64,000 nucleotides of DNA from Candidatus Methylacidiphilales bacterium. Its GTDB lineage: Bacteria > Verrucomicrobiota > Verrucomicrobiia > Methylacidiphilales > JAAUTS01. Of the stretch, positions 8,793 to 17,893 are shown piece after piece (the stretch's first letter is position 1; every line of letters starts with the position of its first letter). A program made the translations under genes and the position numbers. The stretch is taken from contig JBBSCO010000003.1 of assembly GCA_038250235.1 (NCBI GenBank), positions 18,761-82,760 on the forward strand, in the 5' to 3' direction. A model generated the notes under the pieces. It worked only from the letters and a program-made list of their open reading frames with translations. It did no database searches and had not been told where the DNA came from.

Positions 8793-8963
8793 ATGAAATC
8801 CAATCTGAAACATATCCTGAAACTGTCCCTCATAATCATCACTGCAATCGGGCTCTTCACCGTGAGTGCCTGTAAAAAGAAGGGCCCTCTGGAAAAAGCG
8901 GGTGAGAGTATTGACAACGCTGTGGAAGAAACCAAAGACACCGTCAAAGACGCTACCAACTGA
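8793..8963 (+). CDS. 56-aa small lipoprotein (MKSNLKHILKLSLIIITAIGLFTVSACKKKGPLEKAGESIDNAVEETKDTVKDATN)
   Basis: Manual translation; lipobox VSA|C; GPxEKAGExIDNAV pattern; followed by a terminator. Confidence 0.85.
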   Translation: MKSNLKHILKLSLIIITAIGLFTVSACKKKGPLEKAGESIDNAVEETKDTVKDATN

Positions 8964-8992
8964 GATCAGCATCCAGAAAAATAATCCCAACC

Positions 8993-9035
8993 AGACCCGC
9001 CCAAAGCCTGATGGCTGCAGGCGGGTCTTTTCTTT
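8993..9035 (+). terminator. Intrinsic terminator
   Basis: AGACCCGCC/GGCGGGTCT stem then TTTTCTTT. Confidence 0.7.
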
Positions 9036-9194
9036 GCCTGGTAGGGGGGACTTTCCTGACAATAGATAAAGCTTTCCTTGAATATCAATAAGCGGTATTC
9101 CCTTGTGAAGTATGGGATTAAAGAAGACACTCTTGTCAGACCGTGGATTCACCCACCGGATAAATGGCTGTATGACCTGGAAAAGGGATTCTCC

Positions 9195-9731
9195 ATGAAT
9201 CCCGGCTCCCCCGCTCTGCTGGCTGGTGCTGTCTTCGGCCTTCTGATCCTGGCTGCAGCCATTTACTATGTGATCAATCATCTCCTGGAAAAAAGGGGAA
9301 TCCCCATGGGAGTAACTCCTTATCTTTCACGGGAACGGCTTCTAAGTCCGGCTGAAAACCTCTTTTATGAAGCTCTGCTCTGCGCCGCGAATGGACACTA
9401 CTGGATTTTTCCAAAAGTGCGCCTGGCCGACATCGTCGAAGTTCATGCAGGTCTGGATCGCGCCGCCACCATGACTGCTTTCAACAGGATCCACGGAAAA
9501 CATGTTCATTTTGTTCTCTGCCTCCCCGGTGATTACCGCATCGTCGCGCTGATCGAACTGGACGACAAAAGCCACACCCGCCGGGATAGGCAGGAGCGGG
9601 ATCTCTTCGTGGACAAGGTTGCTTTAGGCGCGGGAATTCCCATTCTCCGAGTTCATATGGAAGGCGCCTACGACCACGAGTCCCTCGCACGACAGATCTC
9701 CGGACTCACCTTTGCCAAACAGCCAGCCTGA
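9195..9731 (+). CDS. DUF2726 domain membrane-anchored protein
   Basis: LLSPAE..FY..L, IFPKVRLADIV, IELDDKSH...RDLFVD...AGIPILR. Confidence 0.85.
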   Translation: MNPGSPALLAGAVFGLLILAAAIYYVINHLLEKRGIPMGVTPYLSRERLLSPAENLFYEALLCAANGHYWIFPKVRLADIVEVHAGLDRAATMTAFNRIHGKHVHFVLCLPGDYRIVALIELDDKSHTRRDRQERDLFVDKVALGAGIPILRVHMEGAYDHESLARQISGLTFAKQPA

Positions 9732-9811
9732 AAAACTGTATTTTCACCTTCAAAAGATGGACGTAACCCGTCCCTTGCGTATAATACAAAGCACTTAATT
9801 TTTACCGTCCG

Positions 9812-10393
9812 ATGGAAGAAGAATTACCAGCCCCAGATCTACTCGCCGCCTTGATGCCTGTCCTCTTGATAGTCGGAGGTATCGTCATTGTTGTCATCCT
9901 CATTCTGGGTCTGGTCGCCCTTTTCACAAAAAAAGCACGGACGGAGGAAGATCCCGACCTGTCCACATCTTCACCTGCAAACTATCTCCCCTACAGCGAA
10001 CTGCTCAGCCCTGCAGAAAGCCGTTTGTATGAGGCCCTCGTCGAAGCCGCCAAGGGGGAGTTATGGGTTTTTCCCAAAATACGCCTCGCCAACATCTTGC
10101 GGGCAGAAAAAGCCGTTGGCCGCTCTGCTTGGCAATCCGCCTTCAACCGGATCGCCCAAAGATCTGTCGATTTTACACTTTGCATCCCGGGAACCTACCA
10201 AATCGTGGCTTTGGTCGAACTGGACGATGGCACTCTTGATCGTGGCGAACAACAGAAACGCGAACAGCTGGTTGATGAAGTAACTGCCAGCGCCGGCATC
10301 CCCGTCCTGCACATCCAGGCCGAATCCAGCTACGACCCGGAAGAACTCGCTCAAGCCATCCGCGAGCTGACCGCTCCCCCATCCGAAACCTGA
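9812..10393 (+). CDS. DUF2726 domain membrane-anchored protein (paralog)
   Basis: LLSPAE..LY..L, VFPKIRLANIL, VDFTLC, VELDD, AGIPVLH. Confidence 0.85.
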   Translation: MEEELPAPDLLAALMPVLLIVGGIVIVVILILGLVALFTKKARTEEDPDLSTSSPANYLPYSELLSPAESRLYEALVEAAKGELWVFPKIRLANILRAEKAVGRSAWQSAFNRIAQRSVDFTLCIPGTYQIVALVELDDGTLDRGEQQKREQLVDEVTASAGIPVLHIQAESSYDPEELAQAIRELTAPPSET

Positions 10394-10596
10394 AACTCTT
10401 TTTGTTAAAATATTCCAGGCATACAACGAGTTCGAAAAGACAGGCTTCATCTCCAGCAGGATTGGAATCGGAGATCATGCAGACCGCCGGATTCCGCCCA
10501 TCACCTGGGTCGAAGGAAAAGGCCGCATTTGGTGGAATCCTTCCCAGCCGTCCCGTGCGCTGTTGCGAAAACAAAAGCAGGTTGTAGGCTTTTCTC

Positions 10597-11187
10597 GTGC
10601 TGAAATGGAAACCATGGTTGTTTGCCCTCGTGGCCGGGACAGTTCTTTGGATCGCCGCTTTAGGAATCATCAAGATGATCCGCTCCGCCCGCGTGACGGC
10701 GGACAAGGTGGTGACTTTAATCGAAACACGGGCCTTGGACTCGATGCCGCTCACGGAACGTGAAAGCTTCCTTCTGGGGCTGGCTGAAAAAATGAACCGG
10801 ATGGAATTTGAAGAACGCCAGAAGCTTCGCATGAACCGTTCCCTGGAAAATCTGGTCAAGAGCATGACGGAGGAGGAAAGACTGAAACTTTTTGAAGCCA
10901 CCCTGCCCCAAGGCATGGACGAATTGATGGAAGCCCTGAACAAGATGACCCCTGAACAGCGTAAACGGTGGGTGCAACGTGGGCAGCAGGAACTTCAGGA
11001 GGTCAGTGACCGGGTGGCGGCCGGAGGAGAACCTCCAGGCGGACCTGTGAGTGAAGAAGTAGCCCAGCGCGTCACCCAGCAGGGTTTCCAAAGTTATCTG
11101 GAGAATGCCTCATCCGAAACCAAAATGGATCTGGCCCCGCTCATGGAGCAGATTCAATTGAACCTTCAGGGACTGAAAGGTCCATGA
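10597..11187 (+). CDS. Membrane-anchored helical hypothetical protein
   Basis: N-terminal TM, amphipathic helices; overlaps next gene (ATGA). Confidence 0.8.
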   Translation: MLKWKPWLFALVAGTVLWIAALGIIKMIRSARVTADKVVTLIETRALDSMPLTERESFLLGLAEKMNRMEFEERQKLRMNRSLENLVKSMTEEERLKLFEATLPQGMDELMEALNKMTPEQRKRWVQRGQQELQEVSDRVAAGGEPPGGPVSEEVAQRVTQQGFQSYLENASSETKMDLAPLMEQIQLNLQGLKGP

Positions 11188-11759
11188 TTTGTTCCATGAA
11201 AAATCCATTCCAACGGGACCTACAACAACAAGGCTTTACACTTCTGGAGTTGCTGGTGGTTCTTGGTGTAGTCGGGTTACTTGCGGCACTGGCCGGACCA
11301 GCCCTGGGAAAAACCCTCGCCAAATCCCGTCAAACGGCCTGCCTAAGCAACCTAAGGCAGATCGGGATCGGCCTTCAATCCTACCTCCAAGACAATGATG
11401 GCGATCTTCCTGCGATGAAGGCCATGCGCCTCGATAAAAACGAGGATGTTCCGGTAATGGACACCGTCCTTCTTCCTTATGTGGGGAACGATCCCAAACT
11501 ATTCTCCTGCCCTGCTGACAAGACCGTCTGGGCGAAAAGCGGATCCAGCTATTGGTGGTATGAAACCCTTACGCTGAAAGAAAACGGCGAACACCATTAC
11601 AAAAACCTTACCTTGGAATCCTTTTTTTTGGGCACAGGCGATCAGACGAAAATTCCCCTGATCCTGGATAAAGAATCCTTCCATCCCGCTCCCAACAAAA
11701 TAAACGCACTCTATGCGGATGGCCATGTAGGCCCTCTGATTCCGGTCATGCCAAAATAG
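11184..11759 (+). CDS. Prepilin-type N-terminal cleavage/methylation protein with H-X9-DG motif
   Basis: QQG|FTLLELLVV, ACLSNLRQIG, C-terminal HPAPNKINALYADGHV. Confidence 0.9.
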   Translation: MICSMKNPFQRDLQQQGFTLLELLVVLGVVGLLAALAGPALGKTLAKSRQTACLSNLRQIGIGLQSYLQDNDGDLPAMKAMRLDKNEDVPVMDTVLLPYVGNDPKLFSCPADKTVWAKSGSSYWWYETLTLKENGEHHYKNLTLESFFLGTGDQTKIPLILDKESFHPAPNKINALYADGHVGPLIPVMPK

Positions 11760-11766
11760 AATCCCC

Positions 11767-12483
11767 ATGATTCAACTGGATAATCTAAACAAACGTTTCG
11801 GAAACCGCATGGCAGTGGAAAACCTTTCATTGGAGATCAAAGCCGGAACGCTTTATGGGCTCCTAGGACACAACGGAGCGGGAAAAAGCACCACTATCGG
11901 CATGATGTTGGGGCAAGTGATGCCGGATTCAGGGCGTGTTCTGCTGGCTGGTCATGATGTCCAGAAAAACCGGGCGGACGCCCTCGCCAATGTGGGAGCC
12001 ATTTTTGAAACCCCCTCCTTTTATAGCTATCTCAGCGGCCGCCGAAACCTCGAGATCTTCTGCAGTTACAGCCGCGAGGTTTCCGCCCGTGAAATGACCG
12101 AGGCCATCGACCTTGTCGGCCTCGGGAAACGTATCGACGATCCGGTTCGCGTTTATTCCCACGGAATGCGGCAACGTCTGGCCCTGGCGCAGGCACTATT
12201 GCCCCGTCCGAAAATTCTGATTCTGGACGAACCCAGCGAAGGTCTGGATCCCGAAGGTATCTATGAAATGCGCGAACTGATCCGGAATCTCCATCAGCGC
12301 TATCAACTCACCATCCTGATCTGTTCCCATTTGTTGGCTGAAGTCGAGCAGATCTGCCGGGAGGTGGCGGTAATGCGGCAGGGGAAACTACTCTTTCATG
12401 GCGATTGGAAAGCTGCTTCGGGCGCGCCTTCACTCGAATCCTTTTACCTTCAGACTGTAAGAGCAGACCGGGAGAAACGATGA
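11767..12483 (+). CDS. ABC transporter ATP-binding protein
   Basis: GHNGAGKS, YSHGMRQR, ILILDEP. Confidence 0.95.
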   Translation: MIQLDNLNKRFGNRMAVENLSLEIKAGTLYGLLGHNGAGKSTTIGMMLGQVMPDSGRVLLAGHDVQKNRADALANVGAIFETPSFYSYLSGRRNLEIFCSYSREVSAREMTEAIDLVGLGKRIDDPVRVYSHGMRQRLALAQALLPRPKILILDEPSEGLDPEGIYEMRELIRNLHQRYQLTILICSHLLAEVEQICREVAVMRQGKLLFHGDWKAASGAPSLESFYLQTVRADREKR

Positions 12484-13325
12484 AACTTTTCCGCCACCAA
12501 TTTTCTTTAGAATTACTTAAGCTCTTCGCGCGCAAGAGGAGTTACATCGGCTTCGGAGCCTTTCTGGTGGCTGAAATATTCATCCTGCTCCTGCTCCGCC
12601 TCAAACCGGCGGAGGAAGCCTTTGCAAAACTTCTGGAACAGAACGGCTTCGGATTTGACTATTACTTTTCCGGACTGACCCTGGCCTTCCTGATAATGGC
12701 CAACACGGTTTTTTTTCTGGGTTCATTGTATCTCTCCCTGGTGGCAGGCGACATGATCGCCAAAGAAGCGGAGGATGGAACCCTTCGCATGGTGCTCTCC
12801 CGGCCCGTATCGCGCCTGCGTGTATTGACAATCAAGTATCTCGCCTGCCTTGTTTATACGGCCTCGCTAATGTTTTTTATCGTGGTCACTAGTCTCATTG
12901 CAGGAGTTTCCTACCGGGGTTTGGGAGGACTATTTGTTTATGCTCCGCTCGAGGGCGTTTTCGGCATTTATGACACGGGCCCAGGCCTTCTCCGTTTCAC
13001 CTATGCAGCACTGCTCCTGCCCTTTGCCACCTCAACCATTTCAACACTAGCTTTCATGTTTTCCTGTTTCAATATGAAACCGGCCACCGCCACCATTTTG
13101 ACGCTCTCGCTCTTCTTCATTGATTTCGTGCTGAGATTAATCCCTTACTTCAAAAGTATCGAGGGTTACCTTTTGACCTATCATATGTCGACTTGGACCG
13201 GGGTCTTCCAATTCCATATACCCTGGCTGAAAATTCTGGAATCCTTGGTCTATCTTGGGGCTTTCAACATAACCTTTGTTATCATCGGGGCCGTCGCTTT
13301 CTGCCAGAGGGATTTCAAGTCCTAG
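12480..13325 (+). CDS. ABC-2 type permease
   Basis: Several TM segments; AKEAEDGTLRMVLSRPVSR; C-terminal RDFKS. Confidence 0.9.
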   Translation: MKLFRHQFSLELLKLFARKRSYIGFGAFLVAEIFILLLLRLKPAEEAFAKLLEQNGFGFDYYFSGLTLAFLIMANTVFFLGSLYLSLVAGDMIAKEAEDGTLRMVLSRPVSRLRVLTIKYLACLVYTASLMFFIVVTSLIAGVSYRGLGGLFVYAPLEGVFGIYDTGPGLLRFTYAALLLPFATSTISTLAFMFSCFNMKPATATILTLSLFFIDFVLRLIPYFKSIEGYLLTYHMSTWTGVFQFHIPWLKILESLVYLGAFNITFVIIGAVAFCQRDFKS

Positions 13326-13670
13326 CCTCCTGACCCCGAAAAGAATCCCCACTAGAATCCTTGCAGTCTGCCGACCGGGTAAGGTGTCTATTTTGCAGAA
13401 TGCAGTTCTAGGGAAAAAATCCACGCACGTGGAATACAATGCAAATCACTCTTTCTGTGGGACTTGCATTATTTTAAATCCCAGTCGGCATGCTCTTTGT
13501 CTGGTTTGACTACGGGTCTGGCTGCCTTGGGACTGGGTTCGGCCGTTGGAGCCTGTATAGAAAAGCAAGGCAGCGCAACTCTGTAAAAACCTACCCTAAT
13601 TCGTTGGGGCCCGCAGGAACATTTTTTTCTTCGGATTTGAGCTTGGAAATTTTTTCTGCACTATCCAACC

Positions 13671-14684
13671 ATGTTGAAGTATTTTCAGACCGCCGTCTTT
13701 AGTCTGCTTTCCCTGGCAACAGGAAAGGCGGATGATTTGTTGATCGACGATTTCACCTACCCCTATGAGATGCACACCTTGCGGCTGTTCACACAGCAGC
13801 AGGAACTGAAGATGGCCTATGCGGAAGTCCAACCCAAGGGAAAAAAAGAATTGGGCACGGTGGTTCTGCTTCATGGAAAAAACTTCGGAGGATATTACTG
13901 GAAACAAACAGCGGAAGCACTCAGCGATGCCGGTTTCCGGGTCATCATTCCCGATCAGATCGGGTTTGGTAAGTCCTCCAAACCCGGAAGCTACCAATAC
14001 AGTTTTCAACAACTGGCCGACAACACAAACGCCATGCTTCAACGTCTGGGTCACAGGAAAGTTCATCTCGTGGGCCACTCCATGGGCGGAATGATTGCAG
14101 TTCGCCAGGCCCTGATGTTTCCCACAGAGGTTCTCAGCGTGACCCTGGTCAACCCCATCGGCTTGGAAGACTGGAAGGCCAAAGGTGTTCCTTACAGGCC
14201 AGTGGATGGCTGGTATCAACTGGAACTGAGGCAGACGAGAGAAAGTCTCCAGGCCTATCAGACGGAAAATTACTATAATGGTCAGTGGCGCGATAGTTAC
14301 CTGCCATCCCTCCAGATGTTTGATGCCTTCCGAAAAAGCCCGGAATATTCCCGTATGGCATGGAATCAGGCTCTCACTTATGACATGATCATGACCCAGC
14401 CTGTTTGTTACGAATTTCCACAACTCAGCCAGCCCACCCTCCTAATTATCGGGCAGCGTGACCGAACCGCTCCCGGCCGGGATCTTGCTCCGGATGAAGT
14501 CAAGGAATCTCTTGGCCGTTATCCGGAACTGGGTCGTGCAGCTGCCAGGGTCATTCCAAAGTCCAAATTGGTCGAACTCGAGGATGTCGGCCATGTGCCC
14601 CAGCTGGAGGCTTTCCCACGTTTCATCGAACCGTTGATTGACTTCCTCCGCAAGCCTGTTTGGGACAAGAAGAAAAAAGACTGA
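13671..14684 (+). CDS. Exported alpha/beta hydrolase
   Basis: LLHGKNF, DQIGFGKS, GHSMGG nucleophile elbow, GHVPQ. Confidence 0.9.
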   Translation: MLKYFQTAVFSLLSLATGKADDLLIDDFTYPYEMHTLRLFTQQQELKMAYAEVQPKGKKELGTVVLLHGKNFGGYYWKQTAEALSDAGFRVIIPDQIGFGKSSKPGSYQYSFQQLADNTNAMLQRLGHRKVHLVGHSMGGMIAVRQALMFPTEVLSVTLVNPIGLEDWKAKGVPYRPVDGWYQLELRQTRESLQAYQTENYYNGQWRDSYLPSLQMFDAFRKSPEYSRMAWNQALTYDMIMTQPVCYEFPQLSQPTLLIIGQRDRTAPGRDLAPDEVKESLGRYPELGRAAARVIPKSKLVELEDVGHVPQLEAFPRFIEPLIDFLRKPVWDKKKKD

Positions 14685-14748
14685 TAACGGAACAAGGCGG
14701 TTCCATTTTCCACCTTTAGGTGTTCCGATTTTCGGCGTATTCTTACCC

Positions 14749-15676
14749 ATACGTTTATCGATTACTCTATGTCTGGCTTTTCCCTGCCTTTACCTTCCCT
14801 TCAACGGACACGAAAACCACTCTCCTGACAAAACGAAGGTGGCACCGACACTCATCGCCTCTGGACTAGCTGGAAGCAAAGTCACCATGGCGAAGTAGAA
14901 CGGAAAAGGACTCATCCGGTCAAACGCTCTTCCCAATCATGACACCGGTAAATTTCTTATGACGGGGAAAACCAACAGCATCCGGGCCCGGAATCTGAAA
15001 TTCGCAGTGCCTCTCAGCCCCAGCCCCTCCACCCGCCCGGAACAGGTTCGGTGCTGCCTCCTCGGAGTGGCGCTGAACGGGGTCAAATTTGATCCGGGAA
15101 CGGCAGAATTCTGGAACCACAATCGGGGTTCCGGTTGGAATAAAGAAGCCATCGTAAACGGCATAGGAAGGGTGGGACTGGGTTCCAGCATCGCCCCACA
15201 CAACCCGATGGCAGCTATCATTACCACGGCATCCCCTTCGGTCTTGTCAAACAACTTGATGGAGACAACCACATGATCCGGATGGGCTGGGCGGCGGACG
15301 GCTTTCCTGTCTGCGAACCATGGGCCCACCAGAAAGCCGATGACGCCCAAACAGCACCATCGAAATAAAGTCGCGTTACCGACTGAAAAAAAGCCCGGGA
15401 CCGGCAGGAAAAGAAGGGCCCGGTGGGCGCCATGACGGAACCTACACGGCTGATTTTGAATTTGTGAAAGGACCGGGGGACCTTGATACTTGCAATGAGA
15501 GAACGGGCGTAACTCCGGAGTTTCCCGATGGCATCTATTACTATGTTCTGACCCGCGATTTTCCCAACGTGCCGAGGCTCTTCAAAGGAAAACCTGACGA
15601 CAGTTTCCTTCATCCGGTCCATTGGGGTGGAGGGCTCGCCAGACCCCCCGGAAACCGGCCTCCACCGCCTTTTTGA
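14749..15676 (+). pseudogene. YHYH-domain protein pseudogene
   Basis: Fragments in different frames: SNALPNHDTG...GVALNGVKFDP | QPDGSYHYHGIP...GWAADGFP | SRYRLK...DGTYTADFEF...GDLDTCN..TGVTPEFPDGIYYY; in-frame TAG 14896-14898; probable start is ATA. Confidence 0.85.
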
Positions 15677-15694
15677 AAGATCTTTTTCCGTTTT

Positions 15695-16321
15695 CTACTG
15701 AACCCCGCCCGCCCGGATACTGCCTTTCAAATTCAACCAGGCAAAGATGCCAAGAATGATAGCCATGAAATACTCCCCGGTGGTATAAAACCAGTATCCC
15801 AGGGCGATGGCTGTAAGCAGACCAATGATACGGGCGGCTCTTTCAAAGCGGTATCCGATCAAATCGCGCAGGATCTGACCTCCGTCCATGGGCAAAATCG
15901 GAAGCAAATTGAATGCTGTCCATACAAGATTGACCTTCAGTCCAAACTCCAGAGCGGGAGCGATGGGAAGCAGGGAGAATTTTAACAGGATGTAACAGAA
16001 GCCCGCTGCCAGCAGGCTGGCCAGAGGTCCGGCCGTTGTGATCATCAGGTGCTGCCAGCGCGAAAATGGGCCTCCACCGAGGAAGGTGACACCCCCCAGC
16101 CCATGCAACTCAATCACCGGGCGTCCGCCCCAATAACGTGTAGCCAGGGCGTGACCCAGTTCGTGGGCAAGAATGGAAAGAAAAACAACCCCGACCCTCG
16201 CTAACAAAGGAACCCACTCTTCCGCCTGGTCAACTCTCAAACCGCCACTCAGCAAAAAAGCCGTCAGCCAGAAAAACAACTGGACACGCACCGGTATGCG
16301 GAAAATCTCAAGATTCAACAT
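15695..16321 (-). CDS. Site-2 protease (M50)
   Basis: HELGH zinc motif, AGP, FNLLPILPMDGG. Confidence 0.92.
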   Translation of the reverse strand: MLNLEIFRIPVRVQLFFWLTAFLLSGGLRVDQAEEWVPLLARVGVVFLSILAHELGHALATRYWGGRPVIELHGLGGVTFLGGGPFSRWQHLMITTAGPLASLLAAGFCYILLKFSLLPIAPALEFGLKVNLVWTAFNLLPILPMDGGQILRDLIGYRFERAARIIGLLTAIALGYWFYTTGEYFMAIILGIFAWLNLKGSIRAGGVQ

Positions 16322-17189
16322 CCGCCCATACTTGCAGAGTCAACAGTTCTGTCAAAGCACTCTCTGCACTGACATGCCTCGCTTCCGGGTAACGCTCAAT
16401 AAATTGATGCACCCAGTTGCCCAACTCCTGGCTGATGTCTGGTCGGATTTTGCACAGATCCTCCGGTTGCTCAATCAAATGGGCTTCAAGCGTTGCCTCA
16501 ATGGTCGCCTTTTCAAAGGCGGGTTTCCCGGCCAATGCATAATAAAGAACATGTCCAAGGGCGTAGAGATCCGAACGCATCGTAGGTTCTTCACCCTGGA
16601 GAAGTTCCGGTGAAACAAATTCCGGTGTACCCAGAATTTCCTCCTGGGCAACTTTACCCAGACCGGCGTCTTTACCCGCAAAGCGGGCCAGCCCGAAGTC
16701 AATGAGCTTCACACGCTGTTTCCCGTTCCCGAGAAGCGTCAACATAATGTTGTCAGGCTTGATGTCGCAGTGGATGACAGATTGTGTGTGCAGGGCTTGG
16801 AGTCCCATCAGGGACTGGCGGGCAATTTCCACAAAATCAGTCAAGGCCGGAACAACGGAATCAATGATCTGCTGCAGATTAGGCCCGGTCACCAGTTCCA
16901 TCACCTGATAATAACCGGCCTCATCATTGCCGGTGGCATACAGACCCATGACATTCTCATGCTGAACCAGCCGCAGACACTCGGCCTCATGTTCATTCAA
17001 CCCCTCCTCTTCAATCGCCTCTTTGAGATCGTCCCGGAGTCTCTTGATCGCAACCGGGCGCAGGAGTTCATGATCCCAGCCTACATAAATATAGGCCAAT
17101 CCTCCGCTGGCCAGAAGCTCATGCTGCTCATAGCGCCCCTCGATCAGTTTCGGTTTTGATGCCATAAGCTCTGTCAGTTCCTGAATCAT
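16308..17189 (-). CDS. Hanks-type Ser/Thr protein kinase (cytoplasmic, non-RD)
   Basis: ASGGLAYIY, VAIKRL, HCDIKPDN, DFG, GTPEFVSPE, SDLYALG; start 17189 or 17165. Confidence 0.92.
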   Translation of the reverse strand: MIQELTELMASKPKLIEGRYEQHELLASGGLAYIYVGWDHELLRPVAIKRLRDDLKEAIEEEGLNEHEAECLRLVQHENVMGLYATGNDEAGYYQVMELVTGPNLQQIIDSVVPALTDFVEIARQSLMGLQALHTQSVIHCDIKPDNIMLTLLGNGKQRVKLIDFGLARFAGKDAGLGKVAQEEILGTPEFVSPELLQGEEPTMRSDLYALGHVLYYALAGKPAFEKATIEATLEAHLIEQPEDLCKIRPDISQELGNWVHQFIERYPEARHVSAESALTELLTLQVWADVES

Positions 17190-17299
17190 ACGCAAAAGTC
17201 TCTTTCTGCCAATGTCCTTCCTTCTCCAAGAAAGAGGCCACACCTGCAGTCTGCGCACACAGCGCTTGCAGACTGGTGGAAGGAGGTTAAACAAGAACC

Positions 17300-17797
17300 A
17301 TGTCACGCCTCCCCGACCGTTTCGATCTGCTCGTCCGCCAGGTCCGGAAGGAAGCCGGGTCTCCGGAAAGGCAGATTGATTTCCTGATGGCGGCTTTTTT
17401 TGCCCTCAAAGAAGCCCACCTCCTCAATACCGGAAACGAAGCCACTCCCATGCCATCTTTTGTCGAACTGGACAACCTGATCCTGATGCCGGTTTTCAGT
17501 TCAGCCGACCAGGCAGATACCTACACTTCGGAACGTGGCCAGCGACAGGACCGGGATCCCCTCGGCCTGATTTCCCTGCAACCCCCCGCGTTATTGGAAT
17601 ACACCCGCGCGTTCAAAGACTACGGCTGTCATCATTGGATCATCAACCCGGGCCCCTACGGATTTATCGTTCCGGTGGAGGATGCGGAGACCTACCAGAA
17701 GCAACGTTTGAAATCCGGTGAAAAAAGCCATATCGGCTTCTGGATCCCGAATATGACCACGGAAGAAGAAGCTTTTTGGGAAGACCATGGGCTGTGA
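17300..17797 (+). CDS. SseB-like hypothetical protein
   Basis: MPVFSSADQA...WIINPG pattern resembles SseB N-terminal domains. Confidence 0.55.
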   Translation: MSRLPDRFDLLVRQVRKEAGSPERQIDFLMAAFFALKEAHLLNTGNEATPMPSFVELDNLILMPVFSSADQADTYTSERGQRQDRDPLGLISLQPPALLEYTRAFKDYGCHHWIINPGPYGFIVPVEDAETYQKQRLKSGEKSHIGFWIPNMTTEEEAFWEDHGL

Positions 17798-17893
17798 TGT
17801 ATCCGCCGCTCCGGAACAAACTTTCCTTTTCCCGATAAAACACTCTCTTTGATCCGGTTTTACAAAACCTGTACTCCCGGTAAGCTTTCCCCC

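Noticed and set aside
17339..17355. CAGGTCCGGAAGGAAGC resembling SRP RNA domain IV
   Set aside because: Inside a CDS (RQVRKEA), lacks the following AGC of AGCAGC and a long enclosing helix
17798..17893. LexA box upstream of uvrA
   Set aside because: Only a GAACA half-site; no full TGTTC-N4-GAACA or other palindrome
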